Of a DNA stretch of 64,000 nucleotides, positions 17,068 to 26,446 are shown one piece after another. The translations under genes were made by a program, and so were the position numbers. Position 1 is the stretch's first letter. Every line of letters begins with the position of its first letter. This stretch comes from an uncultured Phycisphaerales bacterium. Lineage in GTDB: Bacteria; Planctomycetota; Phycisphaerae; Sedimentisphaerales; Anaerobacaceae. The stretch is taken from positions 1,792,001 to 1,856,000 of the forward strand of contig OY970359.1 of the NCBI GenBank assembly GCA_963718665.1, read 5' to 3'. The notes below the pieces were generated by a model. That model did no database searches, was not told the origin of the DNA, and saw nothing but the letters and a program-made list of their open reading frames with translations.

Positions 17068-18216
17068 TCAGGTAGTTGAAAAATCGCACAGGACCGAATC
17101 GGCGATTGGCAATGCCTTTCGTGTCAGGCATAATCGTTTGCTTGTCGTTCGAATCAGGCCAAGTTTTTTATATCTGCCGATTGGCTCTGCGAAGAGTTCC
17201 ATTGCATCGAAGCCGGTTTGTTTTTTGAATTCATCGAGGATTATTCCGCATCGTCTGCGAAGGTTCAGTACGGCGGTTTCACAGGCAACCTGTATATTAT
17301 CAGGAGTTTCACTTTCCGCGGTTACATTTTTTCCCTTCTCAATCGCCTCGATATATTTTTTTATGTCGGCGATGTTTAATGTGCGGCTGCCCTGCCAGTA
17401 TGACCCGGCTGCGGGGCCTATGCCGAGGTAGGGATTGTTCGCCCAGTAATTTAGATTGTGTCTGCACTCGAAACCCGGCTTTGCGAAGTTCGAGATTTCA
17501 TACTGCTTGAAGCCGGCCTTTTCAAGCTCGTCGATGGTCATCTCATACATCTGCCTGTCGGTTTCCTCATCCACCGGCGCAACTTCGCCCGTTTCAACCG
17601 CTTTTTGCAGAGGCGTTTTTTCTTCGTATGTAAGGGCGTAAGCGGAGATATGCCGGACGCCTAAATCAATCGCCGAGTGTAAACTGTGTTTCCACGATTT
17701 CAATGTCGAGTGGGGGATGGCGAAAATCAAATCAATCCCGATATTATCGAAGCCCACCCCTTTTGCCGACCGCACCGCCCGGCCTATATCGGCGACCGAA
17801 TGTTTTCTGCCGAGAAAGGTTAGCTCTTCGGAAGCGAAGGATTGTGCCCCGATTGAAATGCGAGTAACACCCGCGGCGTGTAATTGGCTCAATATGTCTT
17901 TGTTGACTTGGCCGGGGTTGACCTCGATTGTGAATTCTTCGGGTTTTGGGCATCGGCTTGTAATTTCGCCAATTAACCTGAACAATTGTTTTGCCGGCAG
18001 GCAACTTGGGCTTCCCCCGCCTATATAAATCGTTTGAAAAAACGGCTCCTGACCCCTTTTTTCGGTAAATTCGGCGATTAGTGCGGAAATGAGGCGTTGA
18101 GGGGCGTGGTTTTTTATGGGTTCGGAGTAGAAACCGCAATACCGGCATTTGGTCTGGCAAAACGGGATATGGACATATAGGCCGGCAGGTCTGAAATCAT
18201 GTTTTTTACTGTTCAT
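17068..18216 (-). CDS. hemW: Radical SAM heme chaperone (HemN-like)
   Basis: LYVHIPFCQTKCRYCGF, YEISNFA and the HNxxYW motif (HNLNYW). Adjacent to lepA. Confidence 0.9.
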   Translation of the reverse strand: MNSKKHDFRPAGLYVHIPFCQTKCRYCGFYSEPIKNHAPQRLISALIAEFTEKRGQEPFFQTIYIGGGSPSCLPAKQLFRLIGEITSRCPKPEEFTIEVNPGQVNKDILSQLHAAGVTRISIGAQSFASEELTFLGRKHSVADIGRAVRSAKGVGFDNIGIDLIFAIPHSTLKSWKHSLHSAIDLGVRHISAYALTYEEKTPLQKAVETGEVAPVDEETDRQMYEMTIDELEKAGFKQYEISNFAKPGFECRHNLNYWANNPYLGIGPAAGSYWQGSRTLNIADIKKYIEAIEKGKNVTAESETPDNIQVACETAVLNLRRRCGIILDEFKKQTGFDAMELFAEPIGRYKKLGLIRTTSKRLCLTRKALPIADSVLCDFSTT

Positions 18217-18354
18217 CTCCTGATTTTAGCATAAAAGCCGGGCTATAGGCAGATTTAACCTCAAAATTCGAATATTTACGGTCCTAACGCGGCAGCCAAC
18301 TCTGAAAAATATGTAAAATTCTGCCTCAGTGGGGCTTTTGTGGGAGGTTTTTTG

Positions 18355-18383
18355 TTGACCAATTATCAAAAACAGTTTATCAT
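18355..18383 (+). promoter_or_regulatory. Putative sigma70-type promoter
   Basis: TTGACC-17 nt-TATCAT directly upstream of a structured region. Confidence 0.6.
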
Positions 18384-18389
18384 CTGCGT

Positions 18390-18560
18390 GTGTTTGCCGA
18401 TGCTACTGTGTAGAGCAGCATCGCTCCCCTGTGGCCTGTCACGGCGGTCGTGGCGGACAGAGGGAAGATGATAAAGCAGCACGAGCGAGAACCTGAAAGA
18501 GGTTCGCCCTGTATAATATATATAGGCAACCAATGATGATTTTAACAGGGTGGCAAAGAG
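18390..18560 (+). ncRNA. Candidate structured ncRNA or leader upstream of rny (6S RNA possible by synteny; unconfirmed)
   Basis: Begins just after the promoter. Closing stem TTTGCC (18393-98)/GGCAAA (18552-57) encloses four hairpins. No credible ORF. Confidence 0.35.
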
Positions 18561-18930
18561 GCAGTTAAGCTACATTCAGCCCCGATTAATATCAGGGTAA
18601 AGCAGAAATAGCGTGGAGAATTAGCAGAAATTTGACGTTTCGCCCAAGCGTATATTGAAATTCAGAATGCGAAAATCAGTAAGACATATCAAAAATCACA
18701 ATAACCGCGCCGCGAAAAGTGAATTGTGGCGCGAGTGCGGGTGTAATATTTTGCGAAGTGGCTTTGATATTTGATTTTTAGCGTTTTTTCGCTGAAGCGA
18801 AAGTGTATTCTCCATAGTCGCATTTCTCGGACGCTGACCGATTGGTCGGGTCGATAGCTGGCCTGCCTTTTGTCCCTCGATTCAGATTTTATTAACTGAT
18901 TTTCTAACATTGTACAGGAAGGCAAAAGAT

Positions 18931-20511
18931 ATGGATACGATTCTGATGCAAATGGATGTCTCCGCTATCTTCGCCGTAATTGCCGGTATTTTGGTGGGTG
19001 TTTCGGTAACCTGGATTGCGGTCTGGTTCATCAACAAGGCCAAGACCATGACCTTCCACGAAGACATTGAGCGGCAGTTGGACGGCGCAAAGAAGGAAGC
19101 AGAGAATATAATCAGGTCCGCACAGATTGAGGCGGCGGCTGAAACAATCAAGAAAAAAGAACAGTTCACCGTCGAAGCCAACCAGGTTCGCGCGGAGCTG
19201 CGCGAAACGGAACTTCGACTCACCAAGCGAGAAGATGTCCTGGATAAACAGGTTGAGCAAATTCACCAGAAGGAAAAGGCCATTGAGGAGCAGAACAAGG
19301 AAGTCGAACGCCGGATTAGTACTATCGACCTGAAAGACAAGCAGCTCACGGCGGTTGTTGCTCAGCAGAAAAACCAGCTTTTGAAAATGACGAATATGAG
19401 CGTCGAGGATGCGAGGGAAATGCTTCTCAAACGGCTGGAGGATGAGTGCGAGCTTGAGATGTCCGCCCTGATTCAGCGCAAGGTCGAAGAGGCCGCTGAA
19501 ATCGCGGGCGAAAAAAGCAGGGAGATTATCACCACGGCGATTCAGAGATATGTCGCTGAGCAAACCTGTGAGGCGACGGTTTCGACGGTTGAGATTCCCA
19601 ACGACGATATGAAGGGCCGAATCATAGGAAGAGAAGGACGCAACATAAGGGCGTTCGAAAAGGCAACGGGCGTGGATGTTATTGTGGATGATACGCCGGG
19701 GACGATTATTGTAAGCGGCTTTGACCCGGTCAGGCGCGAGGTCGCCCGCCTTTCGATGGAACGACTGATTCAGGACGGGCGAATTCACCCGTCGCGTATA
19801 GAGGAGCTTGTTGCGGTGGTGAAAAAGGAAATCAACGCCAAGGTCCTGCAGTTAGGCAAAGACGCGGCGGTTGAGACAAACATTCGCGGCCTGAGTAACC
19901 GCGTTCTTAGCACCATCGGCGCTTTGAATTACCGGACAAGCTATGGCCAAAGCGTGCTTCGTCACAGCGTCGAAGTCGCGTTTTTGGCGCAGGTTATGGC
20001 CGATGAGCTTGGCCTGGACGGCTCGATTGCCCGCAGGGCGGGGCTTCTCCACGATATAGGCAAGGCGCTCGACCACGATATTGAAGGCAGTCACCCTGTT
20101 ATCGGGGCGAATTTCCTGCGGAGATTCAATGAGCCGCAGACGATACTAAATGCCGTAGAGGGCCATCACGGTGACATTCCGCCGGATAACCCATATACTC
20201 CTTTGGTTTCCGCCGCAGATGCCATCAGCGCTTCGCGGCCAGGCGCCAGAAGAGAAACACTTGAAAGGTACATCAAACGGCTTGAGAAACTCGAAGAAAT
20301 TGCCAACAGCTTCCCCGGCGTCGAGAACTCATACGCGATTCAGGCAGGCCGGGAGATTCGTGTAATTGTTAACGCGGAAAAAGTTCCGGATGAGTCGGCG
20401 GCAAAAGTTGCCCGCGACATCGCCAAAAAGGTCGAGGCCGAAATGACCTATCCGGGCGAAATACAGGTAACGCTGCTACGAGAGCTTCGCTGCATCGAAT
20501 ACGCAAGATAA
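18931..20511 (+). CDS. rny: Ribonuclease Y
   Basis: N-terminal TM helix, coiled coil, KH motif [15 protein letters not shown] motif LLHDIGK and [14 protein letters not shown]. Confidence 0.97.
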   Translation: MDTILMQMDVSAIFAVIAGILVGVSVTWIAVWFINKAKTMTFHEDIERQLDGAKKEAENIIRSAQIEAAAETIKKKEQFTVEANQVRAELRETELRLTKREDVLDKQVEQIHQKEKAIEEQNKEVERRISTIDLKDKQLTAVVAQQKNQLLKMTNMSVEDAREMLLKRLEDECELEMSALIQRKVEEAAEIAGEKSREIITTAIQRYVAEQTCEATVSTVEIPNDDMKGRIIGREGRNIRAFEKATGVDVIVDDTPGTIIVSGFDPVRREVARLSMERLIQDGRIHPSRIEELVAVVKKEINAKVLQLGKDAAVETNIRGLSNRVLSTIGALNYRTSYGQSVLRHSVEVAFLAQVMADELGLDGSIARRAGLLHDIGKALDHDIEGSHPVIGANFLRRFNEPQTILNAVEGHHGDIPPDNPYTPLVSAADAISASRPGARRETLERYIKRLEKLEEIANSFPGVENSYAIQAGREIRVIVNAEKVPDESAAKVARDIAKKVEAEMTYPGEIQVTLLRELRCIEYAR

Positions 20512-20532
20512 CAGCGTATAGCGTATAGATTT

Positions 20533-21384
20533 ATGAAACTGAACATATTATGTATCGGTGACATAGTGGGCAGGCCCGGCAGGCGTATTCTGGCGGACAA
20601 GCTCAAGCAGCTTGTTACCGAGCGTGAGATTGACTGCGTGATAGCCAACGCTGAGAACGCCGCGGGCGGCTCAGGCCTTACGCCGCAGATATATGACAAG
20701 CTTTTACGCTATGGCGTGAACTTAATCACGCTGGGTGACCACACCTATCGCAAAAAAGAGATAGTTACGACTCTTGAGACGCAGGAAAATATCGCCAAAC
20801 CCGTCAACTGGTCGGAGCAGGCGGCGGGCAGGAGCGTGGCGATATACAAGACGGGCAAAGGCCCGGTAGTCGCCGCGATTCCTCTTATCGGCCGGCTGTT
20901 TATGAAACCCGCCGATTGTCCCTATAACGCCATCGATAAATTGCTGCCCAAAGTGCAGCAGCAGGCGGAGATTATATTTATCGATTTTCACGCCGAGGCC
21001 ACAAGCGAAAAAGTGGCGATGGGTTATCATCTGGACGGGCGTGTGAGCTGCGTATTTGGGACTCATACCCACGTTCCGACAGCCGACGAGAAAATAATGC
21101 CCAAGGGGACAGCATATATTACAGATATCGGTATGACCGGCTCACACGATTCGGTGATTGGAAGAGTTACCGAAAGCGTGCTCAAATCGTTCAGGACGCG
21201 GATGCCCGTGCCTTTTGAGGTCGCCACCGGAGATGTGAAAATGAACGGCATATTAGTTACGGTGGATAGTAACACCAAAAAAGCCGAGCATATTGAGCGA
21301 ATCAGAATAAACGCAGATGTTGCCGAGGCGGACCGATACGACAGTGACGATGGCAAGCCCGAATACTACGGCAATTTCGATTAA
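20533..21384 (+). CDS. ymdB: TIGR00282/YmdB family metallophosphoesterase
   Basis: GDIVGRPG, NAENAAGG, DFHAEATSEK, GTHTHV and TDIGMTG. Conserved position after rny. Confidence 0.93.
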   Translation: MKLNILCIGDIVGRPGRRILADKLKQLVTEREIDCVIANAENAAGGSGLTPQIYDKLLRYGVNLITLGDHTYRKKEIVTTLETQENIAKPVNWSEQAAGRSVAIYKTGKGPVVAAIPLIGRLFMKPADCPYNAIDKLLPKVQQQAEIIFIDFHAEATSEKVAMGYHLDGRVSCVFGTHTHVPTADEKIMPKGTAYITDIGMTGSHDSVIGRVTESVLKSFRTRMPVPFEVATGDVKMNGILVTVDSNTKKAEHIERIRINADVAEADRYDSDDGKPEYYGNFD

Positions 21385-21398
21385 ATGTGGCAAGCGTG

Positions 21399-22328
21399 TC
21401 AGGTTGATGTTGTTGCATCGTCTTTTTTGGCTAAAATCGCCATCGCTGAGCCGGTTACCAGTACCACGCCGAAGATTAATTGTGGGACACTCAATTTCTC
21501 ACTGAAAATAAAGTATGAAATAACCACTACAATAAACGGTTGCGCCAGTTGCACAAGCGAAGGCGTGGTCGAGCCAAGCCGGCGGAGCGATATGTAATAA
21601 AACACGTGGCCAAGAGCTATGCCTGTTACCCCTGAAATAATAACCGCAAACCAGCCATTAAACGTCATCTCAAGGCATTTACTCGGCTGGCCCATAAACA
21701 TTGTCAGTATGAATAACGCAATGACCGTATAAATGCTGACGACCGAAAAGCCGATTCGAGAGTCGATGCCGCGGAATGCCACCTTCACAGCAATTGCGTA
21801 AAATCCCCATATAAGGCCGTAGAGCATAACGATTGCGATGCCTATGATTGTGTATGAGCGGGTAAAGGCGGGATGAAAGAACATAACTCCCATCAGGCCG
21901 ACAAGCGACAGGATGATGCTCAGCCGGAAAAGCCGGTTACTGAGATGCTGTCTTTCGTTGGCGAAAAATATAACGGATAATATTATGACCCACAAAAACG
22001 CCGTCGTGGATAATAACGACGCGAATCCCGGGTCAATGTAGTAAAACGCCGCGGCCCAAAGGTTTTGCGTAACGATATTTGGTATGAAGGGCAGCAGGGC
22101 GCGTTTCCAGACGGCCTTTGGCAGTTGCCCTTTTTTTGCGGCGATAAGCAAAAACGGCAGCCAGAACAGGCACGCAGCACCGTAACGGAGAAGGTTTTGC
22201 GTCCACAAGTCAAGGTAGCCGGTCAGGTATTTGATGAAAAGCGGCGCGCTCGCCCAGCAGACGAGCGTTCCTATGCAGCTCAACGCGGCCAGCGAAGTAA
22301 GAAGACGTGGAGTCGATTTGTGCATCAC
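21399..22328 (-). CDS. DMT/EamA family transporter
   Basis: About 10 TM helices in two repeats, with the typical F-x-E-x-L ends. Confidence 0.85.
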   Translation of the reverse strand: MMHKSTPRLLTSLAALSCIGTLVCWASAPLFIKYLTGYLDLWTQNLLRYGAACLFWLPFLLIAAKKGQLPKAVWKRALLPFIPNIVTQNLWAAAFYYIDPGFASLLSTTAFLWVIILSVIFFANERQHLSNRLFRLSIILSLVGLMGVMFFHPAFTRSYTIIGIAIVMLYGLIWGFYAIAVKVAFRGIDSRIGFSVVSIYTVIALFILTMFMGQPSKCLEMTFNGWFAVIISGVTGIALGHVFYYISLRRLGSTTPSLVQLAQPFIVVVISYFIFSEKLSVPQLIFGVVLVTGSAMAILAKKDDATTST

Positions 22329-22333
22329 GGTAA

Positions 22334-22966
22334 TCAGCTTAAAAAGGGGTTGTCGGCCTTTTCTCGACCGATTGTAGTTTCGGGGCCGTGACCCGGATAA
22401 GCAATCGTGTCCTCCGGCAGCGCGAACAGTTTGTGCTTGATGCCTTTTATTAGTTGTCGCATATTGCCGTTGGGGAAATCGGTCCTGCCTATAGAGCCGG
22501 CAAACAAGGTATCGCCAACGAAGATGATGCCGTCTTTTTCAGAATAAAGACAGATGCCGCCTGGTGTATGGCCGGGCGTGTGAATGACCCGCAACTGGAT
22601 GCCTGCCTTGTCGATTGTATCCCCTTCGTCAATAATTCGGTCAGCTTTGCTGGCGGTTAAGGAAGAGCCGGTCATAATCGACAAATTTGCTGCCGCGTCG
22701 GTCAGCATTTCAGCATCGAGCTTGTGGATATAAATCAAAATCGACGGGTATTTTTTCCGCAGCATTTCAACGCCTGCGATGTGGTCAATGTGCCCGTGTG
22801 TGAAAATCACCGCGGCCGGCGTCAGCTTACCGTGTTCGAGAAATTTAAGCAGCGGCTGCACATCCAGTCCCGTGTCGATAATAAGACAGTCGGTCGCCTC
22901 ATCGCTGCTTCTGGCGATATAGCAGTTGTTCTCGAATTCTCCAAGCACCAGCCGGTCAACTTTCAT
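22334..22966 (-). CDS. MBL-fold metallo-hydrolase (glyoxalase II-like)
   Basis: THGHIDH, HTPGHTPG, GDTLF, GRTD and PGHG. ATG 22966 after AAGGA. Confidence 0.93.
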   Translation of the reverse strand: MKVDRLVLGEFENNCYIARSSDEATDCLIIDTGLDVQPLLKFLEHGKLTPAAVIFTHGHIDHIAGVEMLRKKYPSILIYIHKLDAEMLTDAAANLSIMTGSSLTASKADRIIDEGDTIDKAGIQLRVIHTPGHTPGGICLYSEKDGIIFVGDTLFAGSIGRTDFPNGNMRQLIKGIKHKLFALPEDTIAYPGHGPETTIGREKADNPFLS

Positions 22967-23038
22967 TCGTCTTATCCTTAAATAACTCGACAGGATAACA
23001 GCCGCAGTTGTGGCAGTCAATCTCGACCTGTGAGTAAG

Positions 23039-23120
23039 GATGATTGATAATTGATGATTGATTATTCGCCAATGGCAGCTACAATAACCAATTGTCAATT
23101 ATCAATAATCAATTATCAAT
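23039..23120. repeat. Inverted pair of heptamer arrays in a divergent promoter region
   Basis: tgattga-taattga-tgattga facing aattgtc-aattatc-aataatc-aattatc. Confidence 0.65.
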
Positions 23121-23139
23121 CTTAGTTGAGAGGCGTTAA

Positions 23140-25272
23140 GTGAAAGAGTTTTCCCGCGTATTCAAGTATATATGGCCGCAGTGGCCGCGAATAGTTGTTG
23201 TCGTGATGAGCGCGATAATTGTTTCCGCACTTTTATCGGGGAGTTTTTTGGCTGTTATTCCTCTGCTGAAGGTAGTGATAGGACAGGAAGGATTGCGCGG
23301 CTGGTCGGACAGAAAAGTATGCCAGTTGCGGTATGGCATAGATTTTTACATTCCGGAAAGCGTAGATTTTTCGGGGAGTAAAAGCGGCGATTACGCGAAT
23401 TCGCTTCTTGTTGTTTCGGTCAAGAAGAAGAGTTCGGCGAAGGATGCGGGGCTGATTGGCGGCGACTGGGTTGTCGCGACGGGTGAGGAGCCGAAGCCTG
23501 GGGCGGTAAGTTATACTGATTTGCTCGAAGAAGTCGCAACGGCTGGCAAAGAAGGGATTACACTGCATATCAAGAGGGGCAATGAGGAAAAGCTTTTACG
23601 CCTTGCAGACGCGCGTAATAACGGATTGAAGGGGGGGGTGATTAATCTTGCGCGGCGAGCGCTGGATTTTGTGCCGAGGGGACAGACGGAGGCGAGCAAA
23701 ACAAAGGCAGTTGTTTTTATAATGCTCGTAGTAACTATTCTTACGGTTATTCGATGTGTGGCGAGATATTACCAGCAGTACATCGCGGAAAAAGTGGTTC
23801 AGGTCGGGTTAAATCGTTTGCGAGAAGATGCCTTTGCGCACGTCATAAATATGCCGATTGCTTTTTTTGCCAAAGAAAGGCCAAGCGATTCGGTAAGCCG
23901 GCTTATTCGCGATACAGGCGCTATGGGCAACGGCATCAAGATTCTGTTAGGCAAGGCGTTGCAGGAACCGTTGAACACGCTGTTTCTGGTTGGACTGGCG
24001 GCGGTGCTGGACTGGCAGTTGACGCTGATATTTTTGGGCGGGGCGCCGCCGACGCTGTGGATGATTGTTGTCCTGGGCAAAAAAATGAAGAAGGCCTCGA
24101 AAAAATCCCTGATGGCCTGGTCGCAAATGCTGGCTAAATTGCAGGAAACAATGAACGGGCTTAAGGTTGTCAAGGTTTACAACCAGCAGAAATACGAAGA
24201 GGACGCATTCAGGAGCATCAACGCGAGATTGCTGAAACAGTTATTAAAGATTTCGCGGACCGACGCGGCGACCTCGCCAATACTGGAAGTTCTTGGAATG
24301 TTGGCCATCGCGGTTGCTATAGTGGTCGGGGCAAGCTGGGTCACAAGCAAGAAGATGGATGGCACCGAATTTATGCTGCTTTTGGGGCTTTTGGGTGCTG
24401 CTGCTGCTGCTGCGCGAAGAACGAGCGACGTTTGGAACAAAATTCAGGAGGCCAACGCCGCTGCGGAAAGAGTTTTCGGGATGATGGATGGGCCGCTTGA
24501 ACCCCAGCACGCGAATGCGGCTGAATTATCGACGCTGAAAACAAAGCTGGAATTCAGGGACATTGTTTTCACTTACCCCGGCGCGGAGATGCCCGCGTTG
24601 AACGGTATCAACCTGACTGTAATGGCGGGGCACAGGGTGGCAATCGTGGGACCTAACGGTTCAGGAAAAACAACGCTGGCAAACCTGATACCGAGGTTTT
24701 ACGACCCCGACAGAGGACAGATTCTGATAGACGGTAAAGACATCCGCGAGGTGACTTTGCAAAGTTTGCGGGGCCATATTGCGATGGTTACGCAAAACGT
24801 CGTAACTTTCAATGATACGATTGCGGCCAATATCGGCTACGGCAAACCCGGCGCGAGCAGAGAAGAGATTATTCTGGCCGCCAAACGCGCCTTTGCGCAC
24901 GAATTTATCGAGCCGTTGCCGAATGGTTATGACACAATTATCGGCGAACAGGGTTCAGGCCTGTCCGGTGGGCAGTTGCAGAGGATTGTCATCGCAAGGG
25001 CGATTCTGAGAAACCCGGCGATTCTGATTTTTGACGAGGCGACCAGCCAGGTTGACGCCGACAGCGAAGCGAAGATTCACAGGGCCATCGAAGAAATTAT
25101 GCACGACAGAACCAGCATCGTTATCGCGCACAGGTTCAGCACGATAGTCGCCGCCGACGTAATAGTCGTTATGAATAACGGCCGGATTATCGCGCAGGGC
25201 CAGCACGAAGAGCTGATGCGGACCTGCCGGCTTTATCAAAGCTTGTATGAAACACAGATTGCAAAAGCATAA
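23140..25272 (+). CDS. MsbA-like ABC exporter (TMD+NBD) with a PDZ-like insertion in the first extracytoplasmic loop
   Basis: GPNGSGKT, LSGGQLQR, LIFDEATS and IAHR. The segment LLVVSVKKKSSAKDAGLIGGDWVV...ITLHIKRG resembles a PDZ domain. Confidence 0.9.
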   Translation: MKEFSRVFKYIWPQWPRIVVVVMSAIIVSALLSGSFLAVIPLLKVVIGQEGLRGWSDRKVCQLRYGIDFYIPESVDFSGSKSGDYANSLLVVSVKKKSSAKDAGLIGGDWVVATGEEPKPGAVSYTDLLEEVATAGKEGITLHIKRGNEEKLLRLADARNNGLKGGVINLARRALDFVPRGQTEASKTKAVVFIMLVVTILTVIRCVARYYQQYIAEKVVQVGLNRLREDAFAHVINMPIAFFAKERPSDSVSRLIRDTGAMGNGIKILLGKALQEPLNTLFLVGLAAVLDWQLTLIFLGGAPPTLWMIVVLGKKMKKASKKSLMAWSQMLAKLQETMNGLKVVKVYNQQKYEEDAFRSINARLLKQLLKISRTDAATSPILEVLGMLAIAVAIVVGASWVTSKKMDGTEFMLLLGLLGAAAAAARRTSDVWNKIQEANAAAERVFGMMDGPLEPQHANAAELSTLKTKLEFRDIVFTYPGAEMPALNGINLTVMAGHRVAIVGPNGSGKTTLANLIPRFYDPDRGQILIDGKDIREVTLQSLRGHIAMVTQNVVTFNDTIAANIGYGKPGASREEIILAAKRAFAHEFIEPLPNGYDTIIGEQGSGLSGGQLQRIVIARAILRNPAILIFDEATSQVDADSEAKIHRAIEEIMHDRTSIVIAHRFSTIVAADVIVVMNNGRIIAQGQHEELMRTCRLYQSLYETQIAKA

Positions 25273-25338
25273 TTGAGAATTTAGAATTAAGAGTTCAGAA
25301 TCGATTATACGCCGTTTGTTTTTGAAGTGGTGATAATT

Positions 25339-26298
25339 ATGATAGACCTTAAAAGACAAAAAAAGGCGCACGGGCTTTTCAAACGCTACGAAGGTAATCC
25401 CATATTAACGACGCACAACTGGCCTTATGCCGTCAACGCCGTTTTTAACCCCGCCTCTGTAAGAATCAACGATGAAACATTTTTACTGGTTCGATGCGAG
25501 GATATGCGGGGCTTTTCGCACCTCACTGTCGCCCGGAGCCGGGACGGCCTGACCGGCTGGAAGATAGACCCTGCCCCAACGTTCGAAGCGGAACACGATT
25601 CGCGGGAAGAAAAATGGGGGGTCGAAGACCCGCGTATCATCTGGCTTGAGGAACAAAAACAATACGCGATTACATATACCTCTTTCAGCGAGGGTGGCCC
25701 CGTCGTTTCTCTTGCCATTACCAAAAATTTCAAGAGTTTTGCCCGCTTAGGCGTGCTGCTTCCGCCCGAAGACAAGGACGCCTGTCTTTTTCCGCGAAGA
25801 TTCAAAGGCCGGTTCGCGCTGATTCACCGCCCGATTGTCCGCGGCGAGGCGCACATGTGGATTAGTTTCTCGCCAGACCTCAAACACTGGGGCGACCACC
25901 GCGTCTTGATTATGACCCGCTCTGCCTACTGGGATTGCCATCGCGTGGGGCTTGGCTGCCAGCCGATTGAAACCGAACAGGGCTGGCTGATTTTCTACCA
26001 CGGCGTGCGTATGACCGCCGCCGGTGCAGTTTACCGCGTCGGCCTTGCGCTGCTCGACCTGCACGAACCATGGAAGGTACTTCGCAGGAGCGATGAATGG
26101 GTTCTTGGCCCGCAGGAGATGTACGAAAGGGTGGGCGACGTGGGCGACGTCGTGTTCCCCACCGGTGCGGTCGTCGATAAAAAGGCCAAAGAGCTTTACC
26201 TTTATTACGGCGCCGCCGACTGTTCGGTTGCTGTCGCAATCGCAAATCTCGACGATATTATGGATTACGTGATGACCTGCCCCGAAGGCGAAAGTTGA
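25339..26298 (+). CDS. Glycoside hydrolase family 130 (beta-mannoside phosphorylase-like)
   Basis: RYEGNPIL, VFNPA, GVEDPRI, KDACLFP, HRP, YHGV, VVFPTG and YYGAAD. Confidence 0.9.
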   Translation: MIDLKRQKKAHGLFKRYEGNPILTTHNWPYAVNAVFNPASVRINDETFLLVRCEDMRGFSHLTVARSRDGLTGWKIDPAPTFEAEHDSREEKWGVEDPRIIWLEEQKQYAITYTSFSEGGPVVSLAITKNFKSFARLGVLLPPEDKDACLFPRRFKGRFALIHRPIVRGEAHMWISFSPDLKHWGDHRVLIMTRSAYWDCHRVGLGCQPIETEQGWLIFYHGVRMTAAGAVYRVGLALLDLHEPWKVLRRSDEWVLGPQEMYERVGDVGDVVFPTGAVVDKKAKELYLYYGAADCSVAVAIANLDDIMDYVMTCPEGES

Positions 26299-26446
26299 TA
26301 AACGGTTTCACTGAATATAGAAAGCCGAATACCCCTTTCACGCAAGAGTTGCCGGATAAACTTGAAAGTGGTAGAATTGTGCGGAAGCGTTGGGCCAAAG
26401 AAAGTTTGGAATAATAATAATTGGATTTTGAATAAAGGGGGCTATT

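Noticed and set aside
18390..18560. Lysine or cobalamin riboswitch
   Set aside because: The multibranch shape is suggestive, but the conserved sequence motifs of these riboswitches were not found and the downstream gene does not fit.
18904..19788. 294-aa minus-strand ORF
   Set aside because: Antisense shadow of rny.
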